This document shows positions 36,299-47,253 of a DNA stretch of 64,000 bases, one piece after another. Position numbers and translations under genes: made by a program. The notes under the pieces were generated by a model. It did not search any database. It was not told where the DNA came from and saw nothing but the letters and a program-made list of their open reading frames with translations. Numbering within the stretch: the stretch's first letter is position 1; every line of letters begins with the position of its first letter. The DNA comes from an uncultured Candidatus Saccharibacteria bacterium (GTDB taxonomy: Bacteria; Patescibacteriota; Saccharimonadia; Saccharimonadales; AWTP1-31): assembly GCA_937903325.1 (NCBI GenBank), contig CALCZR010000056.1:451-64450 (forward strand), written 5' to 3'.

Positions 36299-36697
36299 CT
36301 ACTGTTCACTGGGTTTTAAACCAGACAGTAACGCAGTGAAGAAATTATCTTCGTCTTCGTCAGTAACTGGCCCTTGGTTAAGCGGACTAGCTATAGCATC
36401 CTCAAAGAATGTAGGGTTGGCTAAGGCATCGGATATCGCTGCAAAGGCTCGTATCGCCTGGACAAGCCCAGTCCCATTAAAAAGGTATAGGTCTGAAGCG
36501 ACAACTTCAGTATCCACATCACTGACTTGAAGAAAGTAGCAACTTAAATCTTGAAGCCTAGATAATAACATACGTTGTCCTTCGGAGGTCCACTGGACTT
36601 GATCTGGATCAGCTTGTATTAAAAAGGGGTCAGTTTCTGCGCGCTCAAATATAGTATCTACACATATCGGAATAACCTGATCTGCAGGCACGGACAT
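36299..36697 (-). CDS. Hypothetical acidic protein (132 aa) between rpoC and rpsL
   Basis: ORF preceded by AGGAG with 6-nt spacing. Rich in D/E. No motif recognised. Confidence 0.55.
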   Translation of the reverse strand: MSVPADQVIPICVDTIFERAETDPFLIQADPDQVQWTSEGQRMLLSRLQDLSCYFLQVSDVDTEVVASDLYLFNGTGLVQAIRAFAAISDALANPTFFEDAIASPLNQGPVTDEDEDNFFTALLSGLKPSEQ

Positions 36698-36742
36698 AAT
36701 AAACTCCTGGTTTCTGCAATTGTACCACGTACATTAAGAGAT

Positions 36743-36782
36743 CTATATAAAGAAGATGACCGCTGGAAACGGTCATCTTCTC
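36743..36782 (-). terminator. Rho-independent terminator after rpoC
   Basis: On the minus strand: gaagatgaccg-tttccag-cggtcatcttc followed by tttatatagat. Confidence 0.65.
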
Positions 36783-36813
36783 TTGCTTACCTAAAGTAGC
36801 TATTGCTTAGTGC

Positions 36814-39800
36814 TTAGGCAGCTACTTCTAGCTTCTCTTCTGCTTCACGAGCAGCGATCTCATCGTCATCTTCGACGTAGCCAGTACCCACAGGGATACG
36901 GCGACCGAGGATAACGTTTTCCTTAAGACCGTAGAGGTTGTCTACCTTACCGCTGGTTGCAGCAGCAATCAGGACACGTGTAGTGTCTTGGAAGCTTGCA
37001 GCACTTAGGAAGGAGTCAGTAGATAGTGAAGCCTTGGTAATACCAAGTAGTAGCTGGTTGTACTTAGCAGGTTGCTTCTTGTCCTTAACTAACGCTTCGT
37101 TAGCTTCAACAACAGCGAGCTTGCTTACCACGTCACCGGTTACGAATTCACTGTCGGCAGCGTCTTCGATCTGTACACGACTGAACATCTGTCGCACGAT
37201 GATTTCTAGGTGTTTGTCAGCAATGTTCTGACCCTGAGAAGCAAAGATGCGAAGAATTTCGTTCATGATGTAGCGCTGAGTAGATTCAACACCCTTGAGT
37301 TCGATGAGCTCGTGGAGGTTGATCGAACCATTAGTCAGACGATCTCCGGCAACTACGACGTCACCGTCCTTGACGACAACTTGCTTGTAGCCAGGAATTT
37401 CGTACTTCACGACACTCTGCTTAGCAGGTGTAATGATGATCTTAGTCTTGCTGACTTCAGCCTTACCATGGATTGGCGAGATTAGTGGATCTGCACCTTC
37501 GTCTCCTGAGGCAACAACATCGCCAATAGCTACTTCAGTACCACTCTTAATCTGTACCGTACGACCCTTGAGGGCTAGTTCAACCTTGGAGCCTTCGTCA
37601 GCAGTGATCTGTACAACGTACTGTTCACCATCTTCCCAGGTATTAACCGTACCAGCGATTTCAGCCAAGAATGCCTGACCCTTTGGTGTGCGAACTTCGA
37701 AGAGTTCTTCTACACGAGGGAGACCAGTGGTAATGTCGGCACCTGCCGTACCACCGGAGTGGAAGGTTCGGAGTGTTAGCTGCGTACCAGGCTCACCGAT
37801 ACTCTGTGCTGCGATAACACCAATTGGGTGGTGCCGGGCAACGAGTTCACCAGTAGCTGGGTCAACACCGTAGCTCTTGCGGCCTACGCCACGTACGCTT
37901 GTTGAACTCAGGGCGCTCATGATCTTTACGCCGTCGATTGTAGCATCTGCTTCAATCTTGTCGGCAACTTCAGGAGTAATGAGTTCACCACGCTTAACGA
38001 ATTTAGCAACTGGTGCAGCAGCAAATCGACCACGTAGTCGAGATGCGTAGCTTACGCCAATTTCTTCTGCGTCTGAACGGTGAATTGCAAAGCCTGGATC
38101 GTCATCATTCTCATCAATGGTGAAGACGTCTTGTGAGACATCTACTAGACGACGAGTAAGGTACCCAGAGTCGGCAGTCTTAAGTGCAGTATCGATCATA
38201 CCCTTACGAGCACCACGGGTAGCCGTAAAGTACTCAAGTGGCGTTAGACCACCCTTATAGTTAGATCGAATCGGAAGCTCAATAGCACGTCCGGTAGCGT
38301 CGGTGGTTACACCAAGCATACCGACGGCGGTCATGACCTGACCGATGTTACCACGAGCACCAGATACCACCGCGATAGACATAGAGCTATCTTCTTCGGT
38401 GAACTGCTTGCTGAGGTCGTCTTGCACCTCACTCACAACGTCTTGCCAGTTTTCAACTGTCAGGCGGTAACGCTCATCGTTGGTGATGAACCCTTGGTCA
38501 AACTGGTCGCTGATCTCAATAGAACGAGTCTCACCCTTAGCAAGGATAGTGCCAAGAGAAGCAATTTCACGGAAGTCATCCATACCCATTGAAAGGCCTG
38601 AAGTTGTTGCGTGCAAGAACCCAGTGTCCTTAAGATCGTCAGCAATAAGGGCTGTAGCAGCCTGACCATACTTCTGATAAGCCATAGCCATTACATTTGC
38701 GAGCTTCTTCTTGGTCATTGCTTCGTTCTGGAATGGGAAATCATCAGGGAAGATTTCGTTAAACAGAATGCGGCCAAGAGTGGTGTCTATCATTTCCCCA
38801 CGGAATGGAAGGCTGATCGGACTTTGTACAGTGAGTACGCCGGCATCACGAGCCATAATGGCTTCAGCAACACTGGTGTAGGTTCGTCGAGCTTCTTCCT
38901 TCATACCAGGACGGTCATAGGTGAGGTAGTAACAACCGAGCACGATATCTTGCTCAATGTGCAGGATTGGTGAACCATCTGCAGGCTTAAGTAGGTTCAT
39001 GTTCGCAGCCATGATGTTCTTAGCTTCGGCTTGTGCGGCGTCAGACAATGGAAGGTGGACGGCCATCTGGTCACCATCGAAGTCGGCGTTGAAACCTTTA
39101 CATACGAGTGGGTGTAACTGGATAGCCTTACCTTCAATAAGTACTGGTTGGAAAGCCTGGATAGATAGACGGTGAAGAGATGGTGCACGGTTAAGGAGCA
39201 CGTACTTGCCCTTAATGACTTCGTCAAGAGCGTCCCACACAGCGATCTCGCCTGCTTCGATCATACGAGTAGCAGAACGGATGTTATGGGCGTGTTCGTT
39301 AGCAATCAGGTGACCAATAACGAATGGCTTGAATAGTTCAAGCGCCATCATCTTTGGCATGCCACATTGGTGGATCTTTAGTTCAGGTCCAGCCACGATT
39401 ACAGAACGACCAGAGTAGTCTACGCGCTTACCGAGAAGGTTCTGGCGGAAACGACCCTGCTTACCCTTGAGCATGTCAGAAAGACTCTTTAGACGACGTC
39501 GTTGACCGGTAGCGGCAACAGCACGACCGGATCGGGCGTTGTTGTTGTCGATCAGGGCGTCAACAGCTTCCTGGAGCATACGTTGTTCGTTACGACGAAT
39601 AACTTCAGGCGCGTTGAGGTCGATCAGCTTCTTTAGACGGTTATTACGGTTAATAACTCGTCGGTAGAGGTCGTTTAGGTCAGAAGTTGCGAAACGGCCA
39701 CCAGTTAGCTGTACCATTGGGCGAAGGTCTGGAGGGATGACTGGTAGTACGCTGACACAGAGGCTACCTGGCTTGATGCCTGCTCGGTCCATAGACTCGA

Positions 39801-40638
39801 GTAGTCGAAGTCGCTTCATGAGCTTCTTCTTGCGCATTCCCTTAGCGTCGTCAGCTTCCTTGCTGAGGTCTTCGATGAGCTTGCCAAGATCTACGGTATC
39901 AAGAAGATCCTTAAGGGCTGCACCACCCATACCAACAGTCGTAAGTGCTCGGAATTCGCTTGGAAGACTTCGGTAGTCGGCTTCACTAATAAGTGCCAGT
40001 GGCACGAGTGAGTCGAGCTGAGCTTTTGTTTGCGTGTAGTCAATTTCAAGTTCTTCAAGTTCCCTGGTCTGAGCTTCGGCAAGAACCTTAACGTCAGCGC
40101 CATCGGCCTTAGCTTCGTTCTCGTAACGGAGTTTAATGGCTTCTTTAGCTGCGTTGAATTCAGCTTCACGGTCAGCGAGCATTTGGTCACGCTTCTCAAC
40201 GTTTACACTCTTAATGATGTAGCTTGCAAAGTAAGCCACGCGCTCAAGGTTCTTAACGGTAAGACCAAGTACGAGACCCATAGCACTCGGAGTACCACGG
40301 AGGAACCAAATGTGCGCAACAGGTGAAGCAAGGCTAATGTGTGCCATACGTTCACGTCGGACGATAGACTTAGTAACAACTTCGCCGTTCTTGTCGACGG
40401 CTGCTTCTCGAGAGCGAACGCCCTTGTACTTAGCGTCGTGGGGGCTGATGTCCTTTACTGGTCCAAAGATGCGTTCACAGAACAGACCATCTCGTTCAGG
40501 CTTCTGAGTTCGGTAGTTAATAGTCTCGGGCTTGGTAACTTCACCGTGGCTCCATTCCAGAATATCGTCTGGGCTGGCAACGGCTAGTCGCACTGCATCA
40601 AAGTCGGCAATATTAGTACCAGATGAATAGCGTCGCAT
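36814..40638 (-). CDS. rpoC: DNA-directed RNA polymerase beta-prime subunit
   Basis: 1274 aa. [12 protein letters not shown] catalytic motif. Follows rpoB with overlapping stop and start. Confidence 0.98.
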   Translation of the reverse strand: MRRYSSGTNIADFDAVRLAVASPDDILEWSHGEVTKPETINYRTQKPERDGLFCERIFGPVKDISPHDAKYKGVRSREAAVDKNGEVVTKSIVRRERMAHISLASPVAHIWFLRGTPSAMGLVLGLTVKNLERVAYFASYIIKSVNVEKRDQMLADREAEFNAAKEAIKLRYENEAKADGADVKVLAEAQTRELEELEIDYTQTKAQLDSLVPLALISEADYRSLPSEFRALTTVGMGGAALKDLLDTVDLGKLIEDLSKEADDAKGMRKKKLMKRLRLLESMDRAGIKPGSLCVSVLPVIPPDLRPMVQLTGGRFATSDLNDLYRRVINRNNRLKKLIDLNAPEVIRRNEQRMLQEAVDALIDNNNARSGRAVAATGQRRRLKSLSDMLKGKQGRFRQNLLGKRVDYSGRSVIVAGPELKIHQCGMPKMMALELFKPFVIGHLIANEHAHNIRSATRMIEAGEIAVWDALDEVIKGKYVLLNRAPSLHRLSIQAFQPVLIEGKAIQLHPLVCKGFNADFDGDQMAVHLPLSDAAQAEAKNIMAANMNLLKPADGSPILHIEQDIVLGCYYLTYDRPGMKEEARRTYTSVAEAIMARDAGVLTVQSPISLPFRGEMIDTTLGRILFNEIFPDDFPFQNEAMTKKKLANVMAMAYQKYGQAATALIADDLKDTGFLHATTSGLSMGMDDFREIASLGTILAKGETRSIEISDQFDQGFITNDERYRLTVENWQDVVSEVQDDLSKQFTEEDSSMSIAVVSGARGNIGQVMTAVGMLGVTTDATGRAIELPIRSNYKGGLTPLEYFTATRGARKGMIDTALKTADSGYLTRRLVDVSQDVFTIDENDDDPGFAIHRSDAEEIGVSYASRLRGRFAAAPVAKFVKRGELITPEVADKIEADATIDGVKIMSALSSTSVRGVGRKSYGVDPATGELVARHHPIGVIAAQSIGEPGTQLTLRTFHSGGTAGADITTGLPRVEELFEVRTPKGQAFLAEIAGTVNTWEDGEQYVVQITADEGSKVELALKGRTVQIKSGTEVAIGDVVASGDEGADPLISPIHGKAEVSKTKIIITPAKQSVVKYEIPGYKQVVVKDGDVVVAGDRLTNGSINLHELIELKGVESTQRYIMNEILRIFASQGQNIADKHLEIIVRQMFSRVQIEDAADSEFVTGDVVSKLAVVEANEALVKDKKQPAKYNQLLLGITKASLSTDSFLSAASFQDTTRVLIAAATSGKVDNLYGLKENVILGRRIPVGTGYVEDDDEIAAREAEEKLEVAA

Positions 40639-43600
40639 TATTTTGCCTCCTCTTCGGTTACATCTGCGGTGACGGCCGCAGTATCTTCGTCATCGTCTGC
40701 TGCACTTGCAGTAGTATCGTTGGCAATCTGGTCATCAAGATCAAGAATGCTGAATTCATCACCAACTGTTTCAGCGGTAACATCAACATCTGAAATCTCA
40801 GGAGCTGGAACATCTACAGTTGGGAGGTGACTAGCATCTTCTTTAACGCTCTGTGCAAGCACATCTTCAGCGTCAATTGCCTTTCCTTCACCAACAAGGT
40901 CAACCTTAAGGCCAAGACCCTGGAGTTCCTTAACAAGCACGTTGAAGCTTTCTGGAACCTTCGGACCAACAATTTCAGTACCCTTAATGATCGACTCATA
41001 GGCCTTACTTCGTCCGTAGACGTCGTCAGACTTAATAGTCAACATTTCCTGGAGGGTGTTAGAAGCACCGTAGGCTTCAAGAGCCCACACTTCCATCTCT
41101 CCAAAGCGCTGACCACCGTTTTGCGCCTTACCACCAAGTGGCTGCTGGGTAACCATAGTGTATGGACCGGTAGAACGAGCGTGGATCTTGTCGGCGATCA
41201 TGTGGTTGAGTTTAATCATGTACATAGAGCCAACAGTTGTTCGTTCCTTGAAGGCTTCACCAGTACGACCATCGTAGAGTTGCTGCTTACCATCACGGGG
41301 GAGGCCAGCTTCAGCAAGGAGGTCTTGGATCTTGTCAGTAGTTACACCATCGAAAGATGGAGTAGCTACGGTAATACCAAGGGCTTTAGCAGCCATACCA
41401 AGGTGGGTTTCGAAGAGCTGACCGACGTTCATACGACTCGGCACACCAAGTGGGTTAAGAACGATATCTACTGGAGTACCATCTTCAGTAAATGGCATAT
41501 CTTCAACGGGTAGAATTCGGGCGATAACACCCTTGTTACCGTGACGACCACCAAGTTTGTCACCAACAGAGATCTTTCGCATTTGAGCCACAAAGATCTG
41601 GATCTGCATGATCACACCAGCCTTAAGCTCGTGACCATTTTCTCGGCTGAAGATCTTTACGCCCACAACTTTACCGTGCTTACCGTTGCTCATTCGCTGA
41701 GAGGTATCACGGACTTCCTTGGCTTTTTCACCAAAGATGGCGCGGAGCAGTCGTTCTTCAGAACTCAGTTCCTGCTCACCCTTAGGGGTAATCTTACCAA
41801 CCAAGATGTCACCAGGATGTACTTCAGCACCAATGCGGACGATACCGTCTTCATCGAGGTGACGGAGGGCTTCTTCAGATACGTTTGGAATGTCTTGGGT
41901 AACAATTTCAGGACCGAGCTTCGTTTCACGGACTTCAGTCATGAAGTCCACAATGTGAACACTTGTTAGAGTGTCATCTTCTACCAGACGACGGCTGAGG
42001 ATGATAGCATCTTCAAAGTTGTAACCATTCCATGGCATGAATGCCACACGGAGGTCTTTACCAAGAGCCAGCTCACCATTAGCGACTGACATACCTTCGA
42101 TAAGAATGTCACCCTTCTTAACTTTGTCACCAGTGTTAACACAAACTTTCTGGTTAATGCTGGTACCTTCGTTAGAACGGATGAAGTGTAGTGGTTCGTA
42201 GGTCTTGTTGCCTTCTTTGTACTTAACAACAACTTCGTCAGCACTAGCCTTTATGATTTCACCAGCACCTTCAGCCAGAGTTACCTGACCAGAGTTACGA
42301 GCAACGTCACCTTCCATACCAGTACCGACAACAGGAGCGACCGGCTGAATAAGCGGAACGGCCTGACGCTGCTGGTTGCTACCCATGAGGGAGCGGTATA
42401 CATAGTTCTTTTCAATAAATGGAATCAGTGCAGCAGAAGAACCAATAATCTGGCGACGACTTGCATCCATGTGGGTTACTTCGGCGTTGTCTACTTCACC
42501 GGCAACGAGTTCCTTACGAGCACTGACGCGCTCACGAACAAACTTACCAGCTGGCGTTAGTTTTTCACCAGCACTGGCAATAACCGCGTCTTCTTCAGCA
42601 GCGGCGTCGAGGTATTCGATTTCTTCGGTGACTTTACCCTTAATTACCTTAAGATACGGAGTCTCAATGAAGCCGTACTCGTTAATACGAGCGTAGCTAG
42701 CCAGGTTAAGTACCAAACCAATGTTGGCACCTTCTGGAGTTTCTACGGTACAAATACGACCGTAGTGAGTCGCATGCGCGTCGCGGACTTCAAAGCCAGC
42801 ACGCTCACGTGACAATCCACCAGGACCCATTGAGCTAAGACGTCGCTTGTGAGCAAGTTCAGATAGTGGGTTAATCTGGTCCATGAACTGTGACAGCTGT
42901 GAGCTTGCAAAGAATTCACGTACAGCAGCCACGATAGGACGAGCGTTAATCAGCTGAGCTGGAGTAACAGTCTCGATCTCAGACATGCTCATACGGTCTT
43001 TAGTGTTTCGTTCCATTCGTAGCAATCCAATACGGAATTGTCGTTGTACGAGTTCGCCAACGAGTTTTACGCGTCGGTTTGCGAGTGAGTCGATGTCGTC
43101 AGCTGGTTCACCTGAGTTAGAAAGACGAATGATCTCAGAGATGATAGCCTGCAGATCTTCAAGTCGCATAACGCGGTTCTTGGTAGTGTTAGGCACATCC
43201 AGGTTCAAACGCTTGTTGATCTTGTAGCGACCAACGCGGCTGAAGTCGAAGCGCTTGAAGTTGTAGAACATGTTCTCGAGTAGAGAACGAGCGTTGTCTA
43301 CGGTTGCGAGGTCACCAGGTCGAAGTCGGCGGTATACCTCGATGAGAGCGTCGTTGGTACCCTTGCTTGGATCTTTGTCCAGAGTAGCTTGGATATAGCT
43401 CATCTTACCGTTGTCTACATCTTTGAACGTTTCTTTGATAGAAGCTTCGTTCATGCCAAGAGCACGCAGGAGTGTTGTAACAGCAATCTTACGCTTACGG
43501 TCGATCTTTACGTATAGTGCGCCATTAGCAGCGGTTTCAAACTCAAGCCATGCACCACGGCCTGGAATAACCTTGGCGCCATACTTGCGTACTGCACCAC

Positions 43601-44063
43601 TTGTGTCGGCTGTGAAGAATACACCAGCAGATCGGATCAGCTGGCTTACAACTACACGTTCTGCACCGTTAATAACAAAAGTACCACGGCTGGTCATCCA
43701 TGGATAATCGCCAAGATAGATTTCTTGTTCTTTAACTTCACCGGTAATTTTGTTTGTTAGCTCTACCGTAGCCTTTAGAGGGGCTTCGTAGCTAACGTTG
43801 TTTTCACGGGCTTCAACTTCGGTTGTCTTAGGATCTTCAAAGCGATAGTCTTTGAAGGCCAGAGACAACTTAGTGCCGGTGTAGTCATCGATTGGGCTAA
43901 TTTCGTGCAGAAGCTCACCAAGACCTTCTTTAACCAACCAGTCCCATGACTTGTTTTGATGATCTACCAAATTCGGTAGGTCAATAATATCTTTTGTATC
44001 AGTAAAATAAACTCGCTTGCCGTCCTTGGTCACAAGGTCGGTCTTTGACGCTGTTTTTGCCAT
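40638..44063 (-). CDS. rpoB: DNA-directed RNA polymerase beta subunit
   Basis: 1141 aa with the typical conserved blocks (GRHGNKGV, NPLGVPSRMN). Acidic C-terminal tail. Confidence 0.98.
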   Translation of the reverse strand: MAKTASKTDLVTKDGKRVYFTDTKDIIDLPNLVDHQNKSWDWLVKEGLGELLHEISPIDDYTGTKLSLAFKDYRFEDPKTTEVEARENNVSYEAPLKATVELTNKITGEVKEQEIYLGDYPWMTSRGTFVINGAERVVVSQLIRSAGVFFTADTSGAVRKYGAKVIPGRGAWLEFETAANGALYVKIDRKRKIAVTTLLRALGMNEASIKETFKDVDNGKMSYIQATLDKDPSKGTNDALIEVYRRLRPGDLATVDNARSLLENMFYNFKRFDFSRVGRYKINKRLNLDVPNTTKNRVMRLEDLQAIISEIIRLSNSGEPADDIDSLANRRVKLVGELVQRQFRIGLLRMERNTKDRMSMSEIETVTPAQLINARPIVAAVREFFASSQLSQFMDQINPLSELAHKRRLSSMGPGGLSRERAGFEVRDAHATHYGRICTVETPEGANIGLVLNLASYARINEYGFIETPYLKVIKGKVTEEIEYLDAAAEEDAVIASAGEKLTPAGKFVRERVSARKELVAGEVDNAEVTHMDASRRQIIGSSAALIPFIEKNYVYRSLMGSNQQRQAVPLIQPVAPVVGTGMEGDVARNSGQVTLAEGAGEIIKASADEVVVKYKEGNKTYEPLHFIRSNEGTSINQKVCVNTGDKVKKGDILIEGMSVANGELALGKDLRVAFMPWNGYNFEDAIILSRRLVEDDTLTSVHIVDFMTEVRETKLGPEIVTQDIPNVSEEALRHLDEDGIVRIGAEVHPGDILVGKITPKGEQELSSEERLLRAIFGEKAKEVRDTSQRMSNGKHGKVVGVKIFSRENGHELKAGVIMQIQIFVAQMRKISVGDKLGGRHGNKGVIARILPVEDMPFTEDGTPVDIVLNPLGVPSRMNVGQLFETHLGMAAKALGITVATPSFDGVTTDKIQDLLAEAGLPRDGKQQLYDGRTGEAFKERTTVGSMYMIKLNHMIADKIHARSTGPYTMVTQQPLGGKAQNGGQRFGEMEVWALEAYGASNTLQEMLTIKSDDVYGRSKAYESIIKGTEIVGPKVPESFNVLVKELQGLGLKVDLVGEGKAIDAEDVLAQSVKEDASHLPTVDVPAPEISDVDVTAETVGDEFSILDLDDQIANDTTASAADDDEDTAAVTADVTEEEAK

Positions 44064-44269
44064 ACGCTAAAATACTCCGCTTCTCTTTAGCTGACTTGAT
44101 AATGATGTTGTTTTATGCGTTCTTTGTTTTTATTTGATCTGTTGCCGGCGAAGATTCTCTAAGGGGGTTCCAATCAATGTCACTATTTTTGATGACACGG
44201 CGGTGCCCGCTTACTCTACTTCTTGGGTACTAGTGTGCCGGATGAAGTACATAATGTCAAGCGAAGCGC

Positions 44270-44986
44270 TTACCCCTCAAGCGGTTTGACAAATAGCTCT
44301 GCGTTGACTGGGTCTGGGCCGCCTAAGCGATGGGTGATAAGGTGGGCGTCTGCGCCTCCACGGATGGAGTAGTTGGTAGCCGGCCCTACGCTTTCAAATC
44401 CCTGTTCTATCAGAGCGTGATTCTGTCTACGGGGATCGGAATGGTCGGCAACAGTGAGTATAACCGGTGAACGGAGAGCTTCACTGGGATTAGGCGGAGT
44501 CCAGCCGGCTTTACGTTTCTTATGATAAATAGCTGCTGCAAGTGCAAGGGCTTGTTCTGCTACTTCGTGTCGTTCTGCTGCCTCGGCCTCTGGACCAGCA
44601 CCCCAGCGTACTCCATATGGTAGTACTGCACAAAGATTGATACCGATTCCACTAAACAGTGTCACGGGTTCCATCGCTGGTCCAGTGGCATCGGCAGCAT
44701 ATATGTTATTAACAATGGCTAAGACGCCTCTCGGATGTAGCTCTCTCCGTTCCCTCCGTCTGACTTTTTCTAGTTCAACCGTATATGCGAGGCGGACACC
44801 TGTATCACTAAAGGCCATTTTGGCTAAAGTAGCAGCAGTAGCCATCCGACCTTCCTTGCCTGCTCTTGCAAGTTCGTGGAACCCTTTTGCTATACTGGAA
44901 TCTTCACGCAACCTTCCACACACCAGGTCTCTAAACTCAGCAATAGTATGCGGAGACCGTATCGGAATAATTCTTGAAGTAGCCAT
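44270..44986 (-). CDS. GNAT-like acetyltransferase-fold protein (tentative)
   Basis: VLPYGVRWGAGPEAE resembles GNAT motif A (R-x-x-G-x-G/A). QNHALIEQGFESVG resembles motif B (N..A..lY...GF). By eye it looks more GC-rich than its neighbours. Confidence 0.4.
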   Translation of the reverse strand: MATSRIIPIRSPHTIAEFRDLVCGRLREDSSIAKGFHELARAGKEGRMATAATLAKMAFSDTGVRLAYTVELEKVRRRERRELHPRGVLAIVNNIYAADATGPAMEPVTLFSGIGINLCAVLPYGVRWGAGPEAEAAERHEVAEQALALAAAIYHKKRKAGWTPPNPSEALRSPVILTVADHSDPRRQNHALIEQGFESVGPATNYSIRGGADAHLITHRLGGPDPVNAELFVKPLEG

Positions 44987-45029
44987 ACTCTAGTTATATC
45001 AGTACTGGGCAATTGAATGCTAGTAATGC

Positions 45030-45635
45030 TTACTTGAGAGAAGTAATTATCTTGTCGGCAATACCGTAAGCAACTGCCTCTTTGGCAGTTAGCCACTTAT
45101 CTCGTTCCATATCGTCATGGATCTTGGCTGCTTTTTGTCCCGTATTCTTAGCCATAATGTCTTCCAGTAACTTCTTGATACGCAGGCTTTCACGGAGATC
45201 AATCTCTTGGTCGGTTACCTTACCACGGGTACCGCTACTTGGCTGATGAACCATGACGGTGGCGTTGGGCAGAATAGTTCGCTTACCTTTAGTACCAGAA
45301 CTTAACAAGAAGGCTGCCGCTGAGGCTTGTATACCTATACCAACGGTTTGTACATCATTGGATATGTACTGAATGGTGTCGTAAATAGCCAGGGCGTCGT
45401 ATACGCTGCCACCAGGACTATTGATGTAGAAGTAGATGTCTTTCTTTGGGTCTTCTGCGTGGAGGAAGAGTAGCTGCGCCACAATAACGTTGGCAGTGTG
45501 TTCGTTGACGCCATCTCCCAGGAAGATAATACGGTCTTTAAGTAGACGACTGTAAATGTCGTAGGCGCGCTCCATGCGGCCATCACTTTCGATAACGGTT
45601 GGGACAAGAGTTGAATAGCTAGTTAGATTGCTCAT
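45030..45635 (-). CDS. clpP: ATP-dependent Clp protease proteolytic subunit
   Basis: [19 protein letters not shown]...INSPGGSV...[11 protein letters not shown]...MVHQPS is typical of ClpP. Confidence 0.97.
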   Translation of the reverse strand: MSNLTSYSTLVPTVIESDGRMERAYDIYSRLLKDRIIFLGDGVNEHTANVIVAQLLFLHAEDPKKDIYFYINSPGGSVYDALAIYDTIQYISNDVQTVGIGIQASAAAFLLSSGTKGKRTILPNATVMVHQPSSGTRGKVTDQEIDLRESLRIKKLLEDIMAKNTGQKAAKIHDDMERDKWLTAKEAVAYGIADKIITSLK

Positions 45636-45656
45636 ACTTCTAATATATCTCTCTAA

Positions 45657-45902
45657 TTAGCACTCGTCAAGTAAGAGTGCTAATTCTGCAAAGACTTCTC
45701 GTGTAGTTGCCAAAGCACTGTTCATAGCACTGAGAATAGTGTTAGGGTTGTCGTTCCTATCCCTCAGCGGATATGCGTCAATCTGAGCCAATACAAATTG
45801 TCCCACCACGTCATGCTTTAGGGGAAACATATGCTCTGCGGGGTCGCGCAGAATACTTTCAAGGTCGGGCGTGGCTAGCGGACCTCTACTTAGCTGCGGC
45901 AT
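45657..45902 (-). CDS. Hypothetical protein (81 aa) between tig and clpP
   Basis: ORF only. The start overlaps the tig 3' end by 17 nt. No SD. Confidence 0.3.
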   Translation of the reverse strand: MPQLSRGPLATPDLESILRDPAEHMFPLKHDVVGQFVLAQIDAYPLRDRNDNPNTILSAMNSALATTREVFAELALLLDEC

Positions 45903-47169
45903 ATCCTGTTAGGAGGCTAACAATCTTCTCAGTACGTAGTCGTGCTGCAATGTCCTGTCGTGCTTCTGGCTTATCGAGTTCTGCTCGCATGGCTGGATCA
46001 GGGTACTGGCCCTTAAGTAGCTGCATACGAACTTCAACTTCTTCTGGAGTGATCTCTACGTTTTCCTTGTCGCCAATAGCACCGATCATGATACCGATCT
46101 TTACCTGCTCTGCGGCGTCTTTGCGATTACGTGCCCTGTGCTCTTCTTCGGTGACACCTTCACCGTCAAGGTGTTCTTGCCAGGTCTGGCCACGGTACAG
46201 GAGGTTCTGCTTTTCGTCTTCTTCAGCACGGATAACTTGTTCGTCAATAACGCTATCTGGAATAGCTACGGTAGTCTTGCTAGCAATCTTCTGGAGTAGT
46301 TCGTTTTCACGAGCTCGGTCGAGTTCGTTCTGTCGCTCGAGAGTTAGCTGTTGCTTAATGTCTTCCTTGAGGTGAGCCAGTGAAGTAAATGGTCCGGCTT
46401 GCTTAGCAAACTCGTCGTCTATTTTTGGAAGTGCTCGTTCGTTCACTGACTTAACAGTAATTGCGAAGGTTACTTTCTTACCCTGCAGTGCCTTTACCCC
46501 GTAGTCCTTAGGGAATGGAATAGTGAAGGTCTTCTCTTCTCCGGCCTTTAGGCCAATAACGTTCGGTTCAAAACCAGGAATAAAGGTGTTGCTACCAAGT
46601 GTCAATGGGTAGTCTTTGCCATCCGCACCATTAACGGCTGCGCCTTTATCGTCGGTACCCTTGAAGTCGATAACAACTTCATCACCGTCCTTAGATGCTC
46701 GCTCTACTGACTTTCGTTCTGCCAGTCGGCCACGGAGTGATTCAACAACTTCCTTAACGTCATCTGCAGACACAGTAGCTTTTTTAGCTGGAACGGTAAT
46801 GGTCTTGTAGTTTGGCAGTTTTACTTCACCAATTACATTCACGGTTACATCAAACTCAAAGGTATCAAAGGGTACAAACTTCTTGAGATTTACTTCTGGC
46901 TGTCCGACAACACGAAGGTTTTCCTTGGTAACAGCCTGAATGTAGTAATGATTTAGAATCTGGTCGATAAACTCACTCTGCAATGTTTGAGGATCAAGGT
47001 TCTTCTCGATCATGTCGAGCGGTGCTTTACCTTCGCGGAATCCAGCAACTTTTACGGATTTAGCAAAGCGACGGAGGATCGTTTCTTTAACCTTGGTTAG
47101 TGTTTCTTTGTCGGCAACGATAGCAAGTGTAGCGTTGGTGTCTGAGTTATGAGTGAGTTTGATTTGCAT
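45886..47169 (-). CDS. tig: Trigger factor
   Basis: Start trimmed to ATG 47169 (MQIKLTHNSD). N-terminal ribosome-binding motif GFREGKAP, a PPIase-like middle domain and a C-terminal domain. Confidence 0.9.
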   Translation of the reverse strand: MQIKLTHNSDTNATLAIVADKETLTKVKETILRRFAKSVKVAGFREGKAPLDMIEKNLDPQTLQSEFIDQILNHYYIQAVTKENLRVVGQPEVNLKKFVPFDTFEFDVTVNVIGEVKLPNYKTITVPAKKATVSADDVKEVVESLRGRLAERKSVERASKDGDEVVIDFKGTDDKGAAVNGADGKDYPLTLGSNTFIPGFEPNVIGLKAGEEKTFTIPFPKDYGVKALQGKKVTFAITVKSVNERALPKIDDEFAKQAGPFTSLAHLKEDIKQQLTLERQNELDRARENELLQKIASKTTVAIPDSVIDEQVIRAEEDEKQNLLYRGQTWQEHLDGEGVTEEEHRARNRKDAAEQVKIGIMIGAIGDKENVEITPEEVEVRMQLLKGQYPDPAMRAELDKPEARQDIAARLRTEKIVSLLTGYAAAK

Positions 47170-47253
47170 AGGGAGTGAGTATACACCAAAATCAGTCTGC
47201 CGACCAGATGCAGTACTATAGAAAAGGCTTATATTGTACAATGATGCAAATAT

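Noticed and set aside
40827-41513. 228-aa + strand ORF, along with other + strand ORFs inside rpoB and rpoC
   Set aside because: These are antisense to strongly conserved rpoB/rpoC coding sequence. They have no start context and no recognisable motifs.
45773-46375. 200-aa + strand ORF
   Set aside because: It is antisense to tig, and its translation is Ser/Arg/Cys-rich. The AGGAGG at 45911 on the + strand has no ATG at a suitable distance.
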